From assembly GCA_964483475.1 (NCBI GenBank), contig CAZAAH010000002.1:31641-95640 (forward strand): a stretch of DNA of 64,000 bases, in the 5' to 3' direction. Shown one piece after another: positions 20,408 through 30,337 of this stretch. Under the pieces are notes generated by a model. It was not told the origin of the DNA. It ran no database searches and saw only the letters and a list, made by a program, of their open reading frames with translations. This DNA is from an uncultured Candidatus Saccharibacteria bacterium (GTDB taxonomy: Bacteria > Patescibacteriota > Minisyncoccia > Minisyncoccales > Staskawiczbacteraceae). Position 1 is the stretch's first letter, and each line of letters opens with the position of its first letter. The position numbers and the translations under genes were made by a program.

Positions 20408-20864
20408 TAAAATCCTTAACCTCGGGAATAGTTTTATCTGGAAGTTGAGAATAGGTAAAAAATTCCATTTCCTCTGCTTGAAAACTCCCTCTCAAGGGGC
20501 CCTTCTCAAGAATTGTCCTAAAGACAAGTGTAATGTCATGGCCTACAATTTTCTTTTCTGGATTTTCTAGGTGCAGATATTCTATGTATCCCAACAGCTC
20601 CTTAGAAGCCGGTTTTAACCCTAATTCAGCTATAAGAATTCTTTCGGCCGCTTGGTCTATGGTTTCTCCCTTCCTGACCATGCCTCCTGGGAAATGCCAA
20701 AAGCCTTTATAAGGATGGATGAGGCGATGAGTCAACAACACCTTGCCATTTTTGACAACTAAAAAATCCAAGCAGACTCTCACCATTAGTGAAATGATAT
20801 GGTCGTAATCTTTTTGGTTAATATAATTTTTAGGGAGTTGGCTCATGAATAAATAAATCGACAT
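20382..20864 (-). CDS. Nudix hydrolase (GDP-mannose mannosyl hydrolase-like by context)
   Basis: 160 aa with Nudix box GGMVRKGETIDQAAERILIAELGL. An alternative ATG lies at 20846. Confidence 0.6.
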   Translation of the reverse strand: MSIYLFMSQLPKNYINQKDYDHIISLMVRVCLDFLVVKNGKVLLTHRLIHPYKGFWHFPGGMVRKGETIDQAAERILIAELGLKPASKELLGYIEYLHLENPEKKIVGHDITLVFRTILEKGPLRGSFQAEEMEFFTYSQLPDKTIPEVKDFIGKHQDNV

Positions 20865-21738
20865 AACGCCAATAAGGAGTGGTATTTGTCACTTCTTTTC
20901 TGGTGGCTAAAAGGTATAATTTTTTATTTTCGTACCACAAACAAGGATTGGCGTATTGAAGCCCTTGTGACAATCCCGAAAGCCATGGCTTTTCATTAAA
21001 TATTTTTTTAAACGGGCCATCCAAAGAATCTCCTTCATATCCTCCTATTTGAAAAACAGGTCCTGTTTTGGTACTTTCATATGTTCCATAAATTTTGTTT
21101 TCCGTTTTTACAAAATCGGCCCTGGCTGGCCCGTTAAAATCCCAGTTTCCCTGTCCCAAAATAGGATTTCCTTGGTAGCGCTTAAACGGACCTAATGGGC
21201 TTTCACCGTAGCAAATTCCCAAATGATATTTTCTGTCTTTTCCTTTGCCCGTGTAATGTCCATACCATCTGTCGTTTATCTTTTTTAAGCAAAGAGTAAG
21301 GATGGCTGATGATTCCCAGCCCTTGCCTGATTTTTTTAATACTGGATTTCTTGAGTATTTTTTCCATCCAAACGGAAAATCTGCGTCTGAAGTCATTGCT
21401 ATTCCCACCGAATCTTCTTTTAAAAAATTCTGCCCTGAATAATACAAATGCCAACTGCCGTCATCAAAGTTAATGCTTCCCAATCTCAAGTACCGATAAT
21501 CGAATCCAAAAAAATTTCCTGTTTCAATAATGGGCTTTTCTTGGCATTTTACCCAAGGACCTAAAAGAGATTTTGAATTTAAAACATAAATTTCCATACT
21601 ATCTGTCCAGCGGCCGCTTGAAACAAACATATAATACGTGTCTCCTCTTTTTGCTATTTTACTGTCTTCAGTTCGAAATCCTTTTCCAAAAAATTCGTCT
21701 CCATCAATAATTGGAGCTTTTACTAGTTTCCATTCCAT
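20830..21738 (-). CDS. Beta-propeller glycosidase/phosphorylase-like protein (GH43/GH130-like, tentative)
   Basis: 302 aa with recurring blade-like segments GDTYYMFVSSG, GSWHLYYSG, DRWYGHYTG, NKIYGTYES and KKLYLLATR. Confidence 0.35.
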   Translation of the reverse strand: MEWKLVKAPIIDGDEFFGKGFRTEDSKIAKRGDTYYMFVSSGRWTDSMEIYVLNSKSLLGPWVKCQEKPIIETGNFFGFDYRYLRLGSINFDDGSWHLYYSGQNFLKEDSVGIAMTSDADFPFGWKKYSRNPVLKKSGKGWESSAILTLCLKKINDRWYGHYTGKGKDRKYHLGICYGESPLGPFKRYQGNPILGQGNWDFNGPARADFVKTENKIYGTYESTKTGPVFQIGGYEGDSLDGPFKKIFNEKPWLSGLSQGLQYANPCLWYENKKLYLLATRKEVTNTTPYWRYVDLFIHEPTP

Positions 21739-22429
21739 ATTTTTTAATAACTTTTACAACAATGTCCCAATGAAAAATATTATTCCTCAAAAAATAAAAT
21801 AAATAAAGCTTTAACCCAGTTATTTTATCCCCCAAATCATTTTTTTTCCAAATCTGTACTCGATAATTATCCTTCTTAAATAATTTTATCAAAGTATTTT
21901 CTCTAGCTAAAGCAATAAAGATATTGGGCGAATAAAAAAATTGAACATACCCCTCACCTGACTGCCTGATTCCTTTCTTTAAACTTACCCAATCATCAAT
22001 GAAGGCCACCACCATAATCCCTCCATTTTTTAAGATTTGGCTAATCTGAAAAATAATCTCTGGCTGATTTTTTTGCTTTGAGTAGGAAAGGGTGCAAAAA
22101 TTTAAAATAATGTCAAATTTCCTGCTTCCAAATAATTTTGATAAATCTTGCTGATTGCCAACTATTACTTTAATGAAAGGGAAATTATTTTTAATTTGCT
22201 CGGCCTCGTGACTTGCTAAGGTTAATCCCACATATTCATTACCTTCTCCCAGTATTTTATAAAAAGAATTCAAGAAATTACCAAAACCGCATCCAATATC
22301 TAAAATAGAAACATTTTCCTTTTTTAATAAAGTTATAATTTGACCGGCCAAAGAATCAAAATAATTTTCTGGCCTTTGGTATATTTCTTTATAATTATTA
22401 TAATATTTTCCAAAGTCAGCCTTATGCAT
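21704..22429 (-). CDS. Class I SAM-dependent methyltransferase
   Basis: 241 aa with SAM motif ILDIGCGFGNF and LKNGGIMVVAF. Confidence 0.7.
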   Translation of the reverse strand: MHKADFGKYYNNYKEIYQRPENYFDSLAGQIITLLKKENVSILDIGCGFGNFLNSFYKILGEGNEYVGLTLASHEAEQIKNNFPFIKVIVGNQQDLSKLFGSRKFDIILNFCTLSYSKQKNQPEIIFQISQILKNGGIMVVAFIDDWVSLKKGIRQSGEGYVQFFYSPNIFIALARENTLIKLFKKDNYRVQIWKKNDLGDKITGLKLYLFYFLRNNIFHWDIVVKVIKKYGMETSKSSNY

Positions 22430-23531
22430 TAAAAAACTCTTCTTTTAAATGTTTAAATATCCTGACGCTTACCTGACTGTCCCATAAAGGAATGTTTTTT
22501 GGCTTGAAATCCTCCCGGTTCATGTGGGCTATCATTTCTGAAGCATTAGCTTTTTCCAAGGGAAAAAGTTTGTTGGAACCAGCTTCTAAGGTAATGGGTC
22601 TTTCGGTGTTGTCCCGCAAGGTGCAACAGGGAATTCCCAGGTGGCTTGTTTCTTCCTGAATGCCTCCTGAATCAGTAATGACCCCCCCGCTTTCAGCCAT
22701 GAGCTTTGCAAAATCAAAATAGCCTAAAGGATCTATGACTTTTAAGTTCTTTAATCTATCCTCCAATCTAAAGTTTAAAATCATTTTTTTAGTGCCAGGA
22801 TGAATGGGCAGGACAACCGGCAAAGATTGGCTTACTTGGTCCAAAAGCAAAAGAATTGTTGAAAGATTTTCTTTGCTGTCAATATTTTCCTGGCGATGGA
22901 AGGTCACCAACACATAACCTTTATTGCTAAGATTAAGTTTTTTTAAAATATCAGACTGGTGGATTCTGTTTGAAAAAAGTTCCATGCTTTCAGTCATTAA
23001 GTTTCCCACATACTTTACTTTTTCTTTTGGAATCCACTCATTAGTCAAATTTTCATTGGCAGCAGGTTCAGTGGTAAAAAGAAGGTCAGAAAGATGGTCA
23101 GCCACCACCCGGTTAATTTCCTCTGGCATCCTTCTATCATGGCTGCGGAGGCCAGACTCAATATGGATTAATTTCCCTTGGTTTTTGGCAGTGGCAATAG
23201 CCCCAGCCAAAGTTGAGTTGACATCACCGAAAATAATGACTCCGTCAAATTTTTCTTTTCTCAAGCTATGTTTTAATTCATTAAACATCTTACCGATTTT
23301 TTCAGTGTGGTAGTTAGCTCGTATATTAAAATGAATATCCGGCTTTTGAATGCCCATTTCCTCAAAAAAAACATCTGACATAGCTTTCTCATAGTGCTGG
23401 CCAGTATGAATTAATGTAAACAAAAATTCCGGATGCTTTTTGGCCTCAAGAAAAAAAGGGGCGGCTTTGACAAAATTCGGCCTTGCCCCTATTACCACCG
23501 CAATGTTTTTTGTATTGTTTGTCTGATTCAT
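22422..23531 (-). CDS. wecB: UDP-N-acetylglucosamine 2-epimerase (non-hydrolysing)
   Basis: 369 aa with GARPNFVKAAPF, TGQHYEKAMSDVFFEEMGI, HIESGLRS and DSGGIQEE. Confidence 0.9.
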   Translation of the reverse strand: MNQTNNTKNIAVVIGARPNFVKAAPFFLEAKKHPEFLFTLIHTGQHYEKAMSDVFFEEMGIQKPDIHFNIRANYHTEKIGKMFNELKHSLRKEKFDGVIIFGDVNSTLAGAIATAKNQGKLIHIESGLRSHDRRMPEEINRVVADHLSDLLFTTEPAANENLTNEWIPKEKVKYVGNLMTESMELFSNRIHQSDILKKLNLSNKGYVLVTFHRQENIDSKENLSTILLLLDQVSQSLPVVLPIHPGTKKMILNFRLEDRLKNLKVIDPLGYFDFAKLMAESGGVITDSGGIQEETSHLGIPCCTLRDNTERPITLEAGSNKLFPLEKANASEMIAHMNREDFKPKNIPLWDSQVSVRIFKHLKEEFFNA

Positions 23532-24376
23532 TGACTCGTGATTTTTTTAACAACCTCCTTTCCCCATCCATGTTCGGCAAACTGTTCCTGGCTCAAGGCC
23601 AAGAGCAACGTTGCCTTGGCTGGAGAGGTGAGTTGATTCCCATTGAGGAAATCGGTCACCTTGGCCAAAGGAATAGCTGCATATTGGTTGGGCTTGGCAG
23701 CAGGCAGTTGATCTTGCACCTCCCCATACATAGCAATGTTGTATAAGGAGTAATGCTCGTCAAAAATTCTCTCCACGCCGATGCAGACCAATGGCACGTC
23801 CTTTAAGCCTAACTTCTTTTCAAGGCGGCTTTGGATCGTTTTAAAAGGATCAGCATTGTCTGCATCAGGATTGAGCGTCCCTCCCGGGGCATCAATCTTG
23901 CCAGGATCCTCTTGGGAATCCTGCGGCCGTACGCTCATGTAGAAGCCATGAAGCACCGCATCGAACACGGTACTGCAAACTGACAGGGCGCAGTATTCTT
24001 CGCCTAATGACCGTGGCTTTTGCAAACGCAGCTGGTGAATACCGAAGTAAACCCAGTAGCGCAAGACATCAGCCCGGATGTTCAGGGACCCATCCCCTAA
24101 GGCAAATGTCGGATTTCCCAACAATTTGCCATTGGAAGTCACTGGATGATCCTTCCTGAACTTCCTGGTTCTGTCAGCGATGTCTTGCATCTTCACTTTC
24201 GTTGACAGGTTCTGCAGAAGAGAGACATCCTTGTCTTCATAACTAATATGGACGTTCTTAAATGTCTGTCCAGGCGGAGTCAAAAAACTCACACCATGAG
24301 GCATTTGAATTTTAGCTCCCGTTTTCACGGCATTTCCTTTTGTTTGGGGTATTTTTGGTTGTTTTGTGCTATACAT
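23528..24376 (-). CDS. Hypothetical GC-rich protein, possible Nudix fold with degenerate box
   Basis: 282 aa. The segment MSVRPQDSQEDPGKIDAPGGTLNPDADNADPFKTIQSRLEKKLGL follows the Nudix layout, but KK replaces the catalytic EE. A hand count of 23881-23940 gives 36/60 G+C, against 19/60 for 24421-24480. Confidence 0.4.
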   Translation of the reverse strand: MYSTKQPKIPQTKGNAVKTGAKIQMPHGVSFLTPPGQTFKNVHISYEDKDVSLLQNLSTKVKMQDIADRTRKFRKDHPVTSNGKLLGNPTFALGDGSLNIRADVLRYWVYFGIHQLRLQKPRSLGEEYCALSVCSTVFDAVLHGFYMSVRPQDSQEDPGKIDAPGGTLNPDADNADPFKTIQSRLEKKLGLKDVPLVCIGVERIFDEHYSLYNIAMYGEVQDQLPAAKPNQYAAIPLAKVTDFLNGNQLTSPAKATLLLALSQEQFAEHGWGKEVVKKITSQ

Positions 24377-24419
24377 AGAGTATCACAAACCACTCACTTT
24401 AGCAAGACTAAATTGCTGT

Positions 24420-25373
24420 TCACTTTTTATAGTATTCTTTCATCCAGTCAATCGTTTTTTTTACTCCATCTTCCAAACCAATGGTAACCTTGTGTTCCAG
24501 ATCTCTTTCTGCTTTTGAAGTGTCAACATTTTTGACTTTGGTAGTCAGCACTTCTGAGTCTTTATAGGTAATCAGTTTCTTGTCAGCTTTAGTATAGGCA
24601 AAAATAATGTCGGCTAACTCTTCAATGGTGTGAGATCCAATACCGGCAATATTGTAGGTTTGCCCTGCCTTGAAATTATCTGCAATGTTGGCAATGGTAT
24701 TGCAGGCGTCATCTAAATATAGAGATGTTCTTTTGTGTCCTCGGTAAACCGTAATTGGCATATTATGCAAAACATGGTAGCAGAATTTACAGTTGACGCT
24801 TCGGTAGGGGTGGTACCATTCACCGGGGCCGTAGGTATTAAAAATTCTAATGACTACCGTTTTGGTGCCAAACTGAATGGCCGAATTTCTTACCTGCATT
24901 TCATTGACCCATTTGGACATGGCATAATCATTCATCTGCTTAATTTCTTCTTTGTCCATTACCTCTTCTTTCATCACTCCCTCGTAGTCCCCATACACTT
25001 CAGAAGAGGAAAAATGAATGAGCTTGAATCCCAACTTCTCTTGAAGTCGAATAATATTTTTGGTGCCTATGGCATTGCTCCTCCAGAGCTGCTCGTAGTA
25101 GTCTTCTCCATTCCATCGGCCAAATTCGGCCGCCGCATGATAGACAAAATCAAAAGGGCCAGCTTTTTCAAAGACTCTTTCTAATTGCCTGAAATCTGAA
25201 ACATCACACCTGGCATAAGTAAATTTTCCAGCAGACATTTCCTGTTGCCAGCCAATCTCGCCTTCTGCGTGTGCTAAATCCAAACCAAAAACCGTGTGTC
25301 CCCTCCCTTTTAATATTTCTACTAGTTTTGAACCAATAACGCCTCGGCTTCCAGTAACTAATATTTTTGCCAT
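24420..25373 (-). CDS. NAD-dependent sugar epimerase/dehydratase (extended SDR)
   Basis: 317 aa with VTGSRGVIGSKL and YAMSKW (YxxxK). Confidence 0.8.
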   Translation of the reverse strand: MAKILVTGSRGVIGSKLVEILKGRGHTVFGLDLAHAEGEIGWQQEMSAGKFTYARCDVSDFRQLERVFEKAGPFDFVYHAAAEFGRWNGEDYYEQLWRSNAIGTKNIIRLQEKLGFKLIHFSSSEVYGDYEGVMKEEVMDKEEIKQMNDYAMSKWVNEMQVRNSAIQFGTKTVVIRIFNTYGPGEWYHPYRSVNCKFCYHVLHNMPITVYRGHKRTSLYLDDACNTIANIADNFKAGQTYNIAGIGSHTIEELADIIFAYTKADKKLITYKDSEVLTTKVKNVDTSKAERDLEHKVTIGLEDGVKKTIDWMKEYYKK

Positions 25374-25382
25374 AATGATATA

Positions 25383-25886
25383 TTACTTAATTAATTCAAA
25401 CGCCATGGACGACCAATGGAGTTTTCTTTTTTCTATAATGGACGGATTTACCCTCCTTATTCCAGAAAACCCGGCTTCTTTGGATAATCTCCTAAAGGTC
25501 CATGGATTAAACAACCGTTTATGGTAATCAGCTATATGTTCTTGGTCAGTTCTGATATTTGATCCTGTGACATCTGCAATAAAGTACTCCGTCATTTTCC
25601 CAAAATGCAATAAGTACCATAAAACAAAATGGTTGAAATCTGGAATAACAACAATCATTTTTCCTCCTGGCTTTAGAACCCGCTTCCACTCCTTTAATAC
25701 TGAAGCTGTTTCTGTCTGCCTGAAGTGCTCTAACACATGGGCAGAGTATATGAAGTCCACGAAGCTGTCCGCATAATCTAAATGTCTTGCGTCCATGACT
25801 TTGTCAACCGCAGGAAACTTTACCATATCAATATTGACAAAGCCATCTAATTTTACGTTGCCACACCCTAGATGAAGTTTTAACAT
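25383..25886 (-). CDS. SAM-dependent methyltransferase (type 11-like)
   Basis: 167 aa with LHLGCGNVKLDGFVNID and LKPGGKMIVVIPD. Confidence 0.7.
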   Translation of the reverse strand: MLKLHLGCGNVKLDGFVNIDMVKFPAVDKVMDARHLDYADSFVDFIYSAHVLEHFRQTETASVLKEWKRVLKPGGKMIVVIPDFNHFVLWYLLHFGKMTEYFIADVTGSNIRTDQEHIADYHKRLFNPWTFRRLSKEAGFSGIRRVNPSIIEKRKLHWSSMAFELIK

Positions 25887-25888
25887 AT

Positions 25889-26926
25889 TTATTGTATGTA
25901 ATCCCAGTCGTACGAATTTCTCCCAATACTCCAGGGAATAAAGGTATCCTTAAACGTTGCCTTAATATTTTCTAATTCTTTTTCGCTGGGCTTTACGTGG
26001 AATCCCCATTTTTTTAAAAAAAGCTCCGCAACCCTATTGCTATCATTTTTAATTTGAAATTGCGAGCGGTCTCCGCCAATAGGGGGCTTTACGTGCAAGT
26101 ATTTGATTTCCGGAATCCATATATTCCAATATTTCTTCTCCAAAGCCCTCAATCCCCAATCCTCATCCACCAAAAGGGCGTTATAGGTCTGCCAGTGCTC
26201 ACAAGGTCCCAGTTCGTTTAAAACGGACATTTTAATAAGAACAAATGTATTCCAGGGAGCATGGCATTTCACTGGTTTTTTTGGAATATCTAATTTCGCT
26301 TCCATCTCTTTTTGCATTTTCTTTACAGGATATTTAAAAAGAACTACATTTTGAGAAATTTTGGAAATAACTTTTATTTGGATGAAATATAAAAATCTTT
26401 GTAATAAACTGGGTTTATACCAATTGTCAGGCAACCCATGAAACTCAAACATTTTTCTTTTACTCCAGGCGTCTTGATATAAAAAATCCTTGTGGTAACC
26501 GGGCCGCGTTGAAGGATTCCAATGCCCCTCCAAGTACGACATCTCACGAAAACTTACCCAGGCCACGGGTTCTTTTAAGGAACTAATAATTTTTTTAACC
26601 TTTGGAAAAAAATCGGGGGTTTGCAAAATAATGTCATCATGGGCTTTAATAAAATATTCAAAATCCTGAGATTTTTCAATGGCCTTGTTAATAAATTCAG
26701 ACCAGTAGATATTTTCCTGGCCTAATATTTTAAACTGCAAAGGGTATTCCTTTTGTTTTTGGTAAATATAATCTTTGACTTCGGGCCTAATATCTAAACC
26801 AAGAGAAATCATAAAGCAAAAATCACATTGCCCCATGTTTTTTCTTATTGATTCAATGGTACCCCTTACTAATTCAAGATTGCTATCTTTGCTCCCAATT
26901 CTAATTGCTATTGCCAAATCCCTCAT
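25889..26926 (-). CDS. Hypothetical protein (GT-like by context)
   Basis: 345 aa and soluble, with an AHDD motif. No family was recognised. It lies between a methyltransferase and the flippase-proximal genes. Confidence 0.3.
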   Translation of the reverse strand: MRDLAIAIRIGSKDSNLELVRGTIESIRKNMGQCDFCFMISLGLDIRPEVKDYIYQKQKEYPLQFKILGQENIYWSEFINKAIEKSQDFEYFIKAHDDIILQTPDFFPKVKKIISSLKEPVAWVSFREMSYLEGHWNPSTRPGYHKDFLYQDAWSKRKMFEFHGLPDNWYKPSLLQRFLYFIQIKVISKISQNVVLFKYPVKKMQKEMEAKLDIPKKPVKCHAPWNTFVLIKMSVLNELGPCEHWQTYNALLVDEDWGLRALEKKYWNIWIPEIKYLHVKPPIGGDRSQFQIKNDSNRVAELFLKKWGFHVKPSEKELENIKATFKDTFIPWSIGRNSYDWDYIQ

Positions 26927-28232
26927 TTTTTCTTTTTTGTAATATGCTAATTAATTGTAAAATATTTGCAAGGCCCTGTAAAGATTTTCTTTTTGTAATT
27001 AATATTCTCTTACCTAACTTTATTTCTTGCAATAGCTTAGAAAAACTATCTGGCTTTTGAATATAATATATTCCATGGCAGTTTTTTAGAATCTGCCCCC
27101 TTAGATCTTTTAAGAAATCGGTTAAAATAATTATTTTTGCGCTATCATTCAGAATCCAAGCAAGATAGATGCTCGTACTCGGAGGAGCCATGTCCACAAT
27201 GATGTCACTGCTTTGAATGTAAAAATAAATGCCATAATCAGAATCTAAGACTTTAATTCTGCTAGAAATGGATAGGCAAAAGTCCTTAACTTCCTGAATA
27301 TAATCTAAGCTTACATTTGGATGAATCTTCACTTGAAGGGTCCAGTCGCTTAATTCGTTTAAAATTATATTTAAATTTTTCTTTATTGCTTCAAAAAACT
27401 TTTCTTTTGGAATATATTTTCTACTTTTATCAACACTTACTTTAATCGAAGGCCATAAAAAAGTAATGACCTTTTCTTTATTAGAAATCACTTTAGCAAA
27501 TAAGTTTTTTTCAAAAAACTCCCTATTTAATTGCAGCGGATGGCAAATTAAAAAAATCTTATTTGGGTCTACTCCCTCCGACAAGAGAATATTTTTATAG
27601 TCTTCAAATAATACTGCATAGGCGTCAGTGTCCCTTTTGCCTGTTGTGTAATTCCAGGTAATAAAGCTAGTTTTTCCAAAGAATGGCAATTGACCAATCG
27701 TTAGAGGCAATATCCAATAAACAAAAAAATGGCCAATATACATTTTTACCAACACAAAAATTTTAGAAAGCCATAAGGGCATATTTTTAATATTCCGGGC
27801 TTTTGTGATCCTAAAATATTCCATTGTTTCTTTGGCCCTCGACTTCAAGCTGGATTGGATGGCAATTTTGAGAGAACCTGATTTTTTGCAAGACCGCAGA
27901 AGATACATTTCAAATAAACAAATATCATTTTCAACAATTACCACATCAATTTTTTGTTCTTTTGTTATTTTTTGGGCAAGATAATAATAATCCCTGTTCT
28001 TTAAAAACCAATTTTTTTGCGGACTACTGTACTGGTTAACGGGAATTATTTTAATAATCTTAGGAAATATATTTTTATTTAAAATGAGTTTTTGAGTTTT
28101 TTCACTAAGCTCTTCCGATAGTAAAATAATATTGTTTTCTCTGGCCAAATCATATAAGTGACCAATAAGGGTGCTAATAAATAATCTTTCTGGACCGGTA
28201 TAAAAAGCTATCGTGAGGTTTTTAACTGTCAT
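26901..28232 (-). CDS. Hypothetical protein (possible GT-B / polymer transferase by context)
   Basis: 443 aa and soluble, with no recognised motifs. It lies immediately downstream of wzx and the nonulosonic-acid module. Confidence 0.3.
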   Translation of the reverse strand: MTVKNLTIAFYTGPERLFISTLIGHLYDLARENNIILLSEELSEKTQKLILNKNIFPKIIKIIPVNQYSSPQKNWFLKNRDYYYLAQKITKEQKIDVVIVENDICLFEMYLLRSCKKSGSLKIAIQSSLKSRAKETMEYFRITKARNIKNMPLWLSKIFVLVKMYIGHFFVYWILPLTIGQLPFFGKTSFITWNYTTGKRDTDAYAVLFEDYKNILLSEGVDPNKIFLICHPLQLNREFFEKNLFAKVISNKEKVITFLWPSIKVSVDKSRKYIPKEKFFEAIKKNLNIILNELSDWTLQVKIHPNVSLDYIQEVKDFCLSISSRIKVLDSDYGIYFYIQSSDIIVDMAPPSTSIYLAWILNDSAKIIILTDFLKDLRGQILKNCHGIYYIQKPDSFSKLLQEIKLGKRILITKRKSLQGLANILQLISILQKRKNEGFGNSN

Positions 28233-29683
28233 ATCTTTACAGAAAAAAGTTTATACTTTATTCTTTTGATTAAAAGAAGGATAGTATGGCGGTGTCTTTT
28301 AATGTTGCCATATTTATAGGCAAAAACAGCACTCGTGAAAATAATAACAAAGAATAAAGCTTCAGAAGAAGTTTTTAAAAGAACCGTCAAGCCAATTGCC
28401 ATCAGCGCTAAAAGGAAAAAGGACCATTTAACAATAAGGTAAGAAATTTTAATAGATTTTCTAAATACAATTAAAAAAGTAAAAACATTCAGAGCATAAA
28501 AAATAAAAAAGCTCAAGGCGGCTCCAATTTCACCGAATAATTTTACCATAAAAAATACCAAGACAATATCTAAGATATTGAGAGAGGTAGAAATAAAAAA
28601 AATAACCTTTGTACTATTTTTTTGATAGTAAAAAAGGGGGTAAACTGCAGTATAAATTCCAACAAATAACGGAGCCATTAAAAGTATGTAAAAAATATTG
28701 CTATGAACAATATACTCTTCATTTAAAAATAAATGAAATATACCCATTTGTTTAATGATGATTAAAATACAAAAACAAACCAAATAAGAAAAACTAATAA
28801 AAAAAACCATATCTTTTATGTATTCTATTGCCTTTGAACTGTTTTCTTTCATTTGAGAAAATATCTCTGGAGTCCAGGCTTTGTTAAACGTTCCAAATAT
28901 AGCGTTTATTTGTATGGTAAGCATTAGAAAAAAACTATAAATTCCAAGAATAGAAAGGTTAGCGTATTTATCCAAAAAAATCCTGCTGTCATAGATGATA
29001 ATAGACCCCAAGGTTGCATATAGCATCATAGGAAAACTGTAATTCAATAATGATTTGATAACGTTAAAGGAAAAATAATTCAATGAGATGCTACTTTTTT
29101 CTTTAAATAAAAATATCAATGAGGAAATAAAATATGAAATAAGCAAACTATATAAAATGGCTACTATTCCAAAATGAAACAGTAGTAATAATAAAAAAGA
29201 GACGGTAAAAAATATAATTGTTTGTATAATACTTATGACTGCGTACCAAAAAACCCTTTTAAGAGCGGCGAAGTGAGCAAGGCTTAAATTATAAAATGAT
29301 GATGCAATAACAAGAAAAACAAGTAGAAAAAAGTTTTCTTTAAGTATAAATTGTATGTCTGGAATAAACCAAGAAATAAGTGGTAAAAGAACTAATAACA
29401 TTAAAAAAGAAAGTAGGTTAGCAAATAAAAATATGACAAAAGCATTAAAAAATACTTCTTTTTCGCTTTTTTCTGAATGGTAAAAACGAGTTATGGCAAC
29501 ATTGAGACCAAATAAGGCCATGGCCCCAAAAACATCAATGACTAAGTTATATAAAGCATACAGACCGATTTGAGAAGTAGGGAGAACCTTGGCAATTACA
29601 ATCCATAATACAAAAACCGCAACTTGGGAAAACAGATTTACTGCAAAATAAATCCCAGTGTTTTTAAAAACGTTTATTGACAT
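28229..29683 (-). CDS. wzx: Wzx-type oligosaccharide flippase (MOP superfamily)
   Basis: 484 aa with about 12-14 hydrophobic helices, in the typical Polysacc_synt layout. Confidence 0.75.
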   Translation of the reverse strand: MSINVFKNTGIYFAVNLFSQVAVFVLWIVIAKVLPTSQIGLYALYNLVIDVFGAMALFGLNVAITRFYHSEKSEKEVFFNAFVIFLFANLLSFLMLLVLLPLISWFIPDIQFILKENFFLLVFLVIASSFYNLSLAHFAALKRVFWYAVISIIQTIIFFTVSFLLLLLFHFGIVAILYSLLISYFISSLIFLFKEKSSISLNYFSFNVIKSLLNYSFPMMLYATLGSIIIYDSRIFLDKYANLSILGIYSFFLMLTIQINAIFGTFNKAWTPEIFSQMKENSSKAIEYIKDMVFFISFSYLVCFCILIIIKQMGIFHLFLNEEYIVHSNIFYILLMAPLFVGIYTAVYPLFYYQKNSTKVIFFISTSLNILDIVLVFFMVKLFGEIGAALSFFIFYALNVFTFLIVFRKSIKISYLIVKWSFFLLALMAIGLTVLLKTSSEALFFVIIFTSAVFAYKYGNIKRHRHTILLLIKRIKYKLFSVKI

Positions 29684-29692
29684 TAGAAAAGA

Positions 29693-30337
29693 TTATGAAT
29701 CCCTGTTTTTAATTATTTTAGCCGGAATTCCTACGGCCACTACTCTTGGCGGTAAATCTTTGAGAACTACGGCTCCCGCCCCCACAATAGTTTCATCTCC
29801 AATTTTCAAACACTGAATAACCACTGAACCAATCCCTAAAAAAACCCTTTGGCCAATTTCTACCCTTCCGGCCAGCTTTGCTCCCGGGGCTATATGGGTG
29901 CCATTTTTGATAATATTTTCATGTTCAACAATAGCCCCTGTATTGATAATAACGTTATTTTCAATGGTAGAATGAGTACATACCACGGCCCCCGCCGCAA
30001 TAACCACATTTTTCCCAATAGAAACATTACCGTTAATAGTAGCCGTTGGATGAATAGCATTTATAAGCAAAAATCCTTTCTGCTCCAAATAGTCGGCGAC
30101 TTGGCATCGTATTTGATTGTCCCCCACAGCAACAATGCCATGAGTAATATTATTTTTAATCAGATCATCTAAATGTTCTTCGCTTCCTATTACTTTAACG
30201 CCATCAATAATGTTGCCCACATTGTTTTTGTCATGATCGATAAAACCCACAACATTAAATTTTTTGGTGCTTTTTAAAATATCTAGTACCACCCTGCCAT
30301 GCCCCCCTGCTCCAAAAATAAATACCTTCTTTTTCAT
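29693..30337 (-). CDS. Sugar N-acetyltransferase, NeuD/PglD family (left-handed beta-helix)
   Basis: 214 aa with an N-terminal Rossmann-like segment KVFIFGAGGHGRVVLDIL, followed by hexapeptide repeats. Confidence 0.85.
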   Translation of the reverse strand: MKKKVFIFGAGGHGRVVLDILKSTKKFNVVGFIDHDKNNVGNIIDGVKVIGSEEHLDDLIKNNITHGIVAVGDNQIRCQVADYLEQKGFLLINAIHPTATINGNVSIGKNVVIAAGAVVCTHSTIENNVIINTGAIVEHENIIKNGTHIAPGAKLAGRVEIGQRVFLGIGSVVIQCLKIGDETIVGAGAVVLKDLPPRVVAVGIPAKIIKNRDS

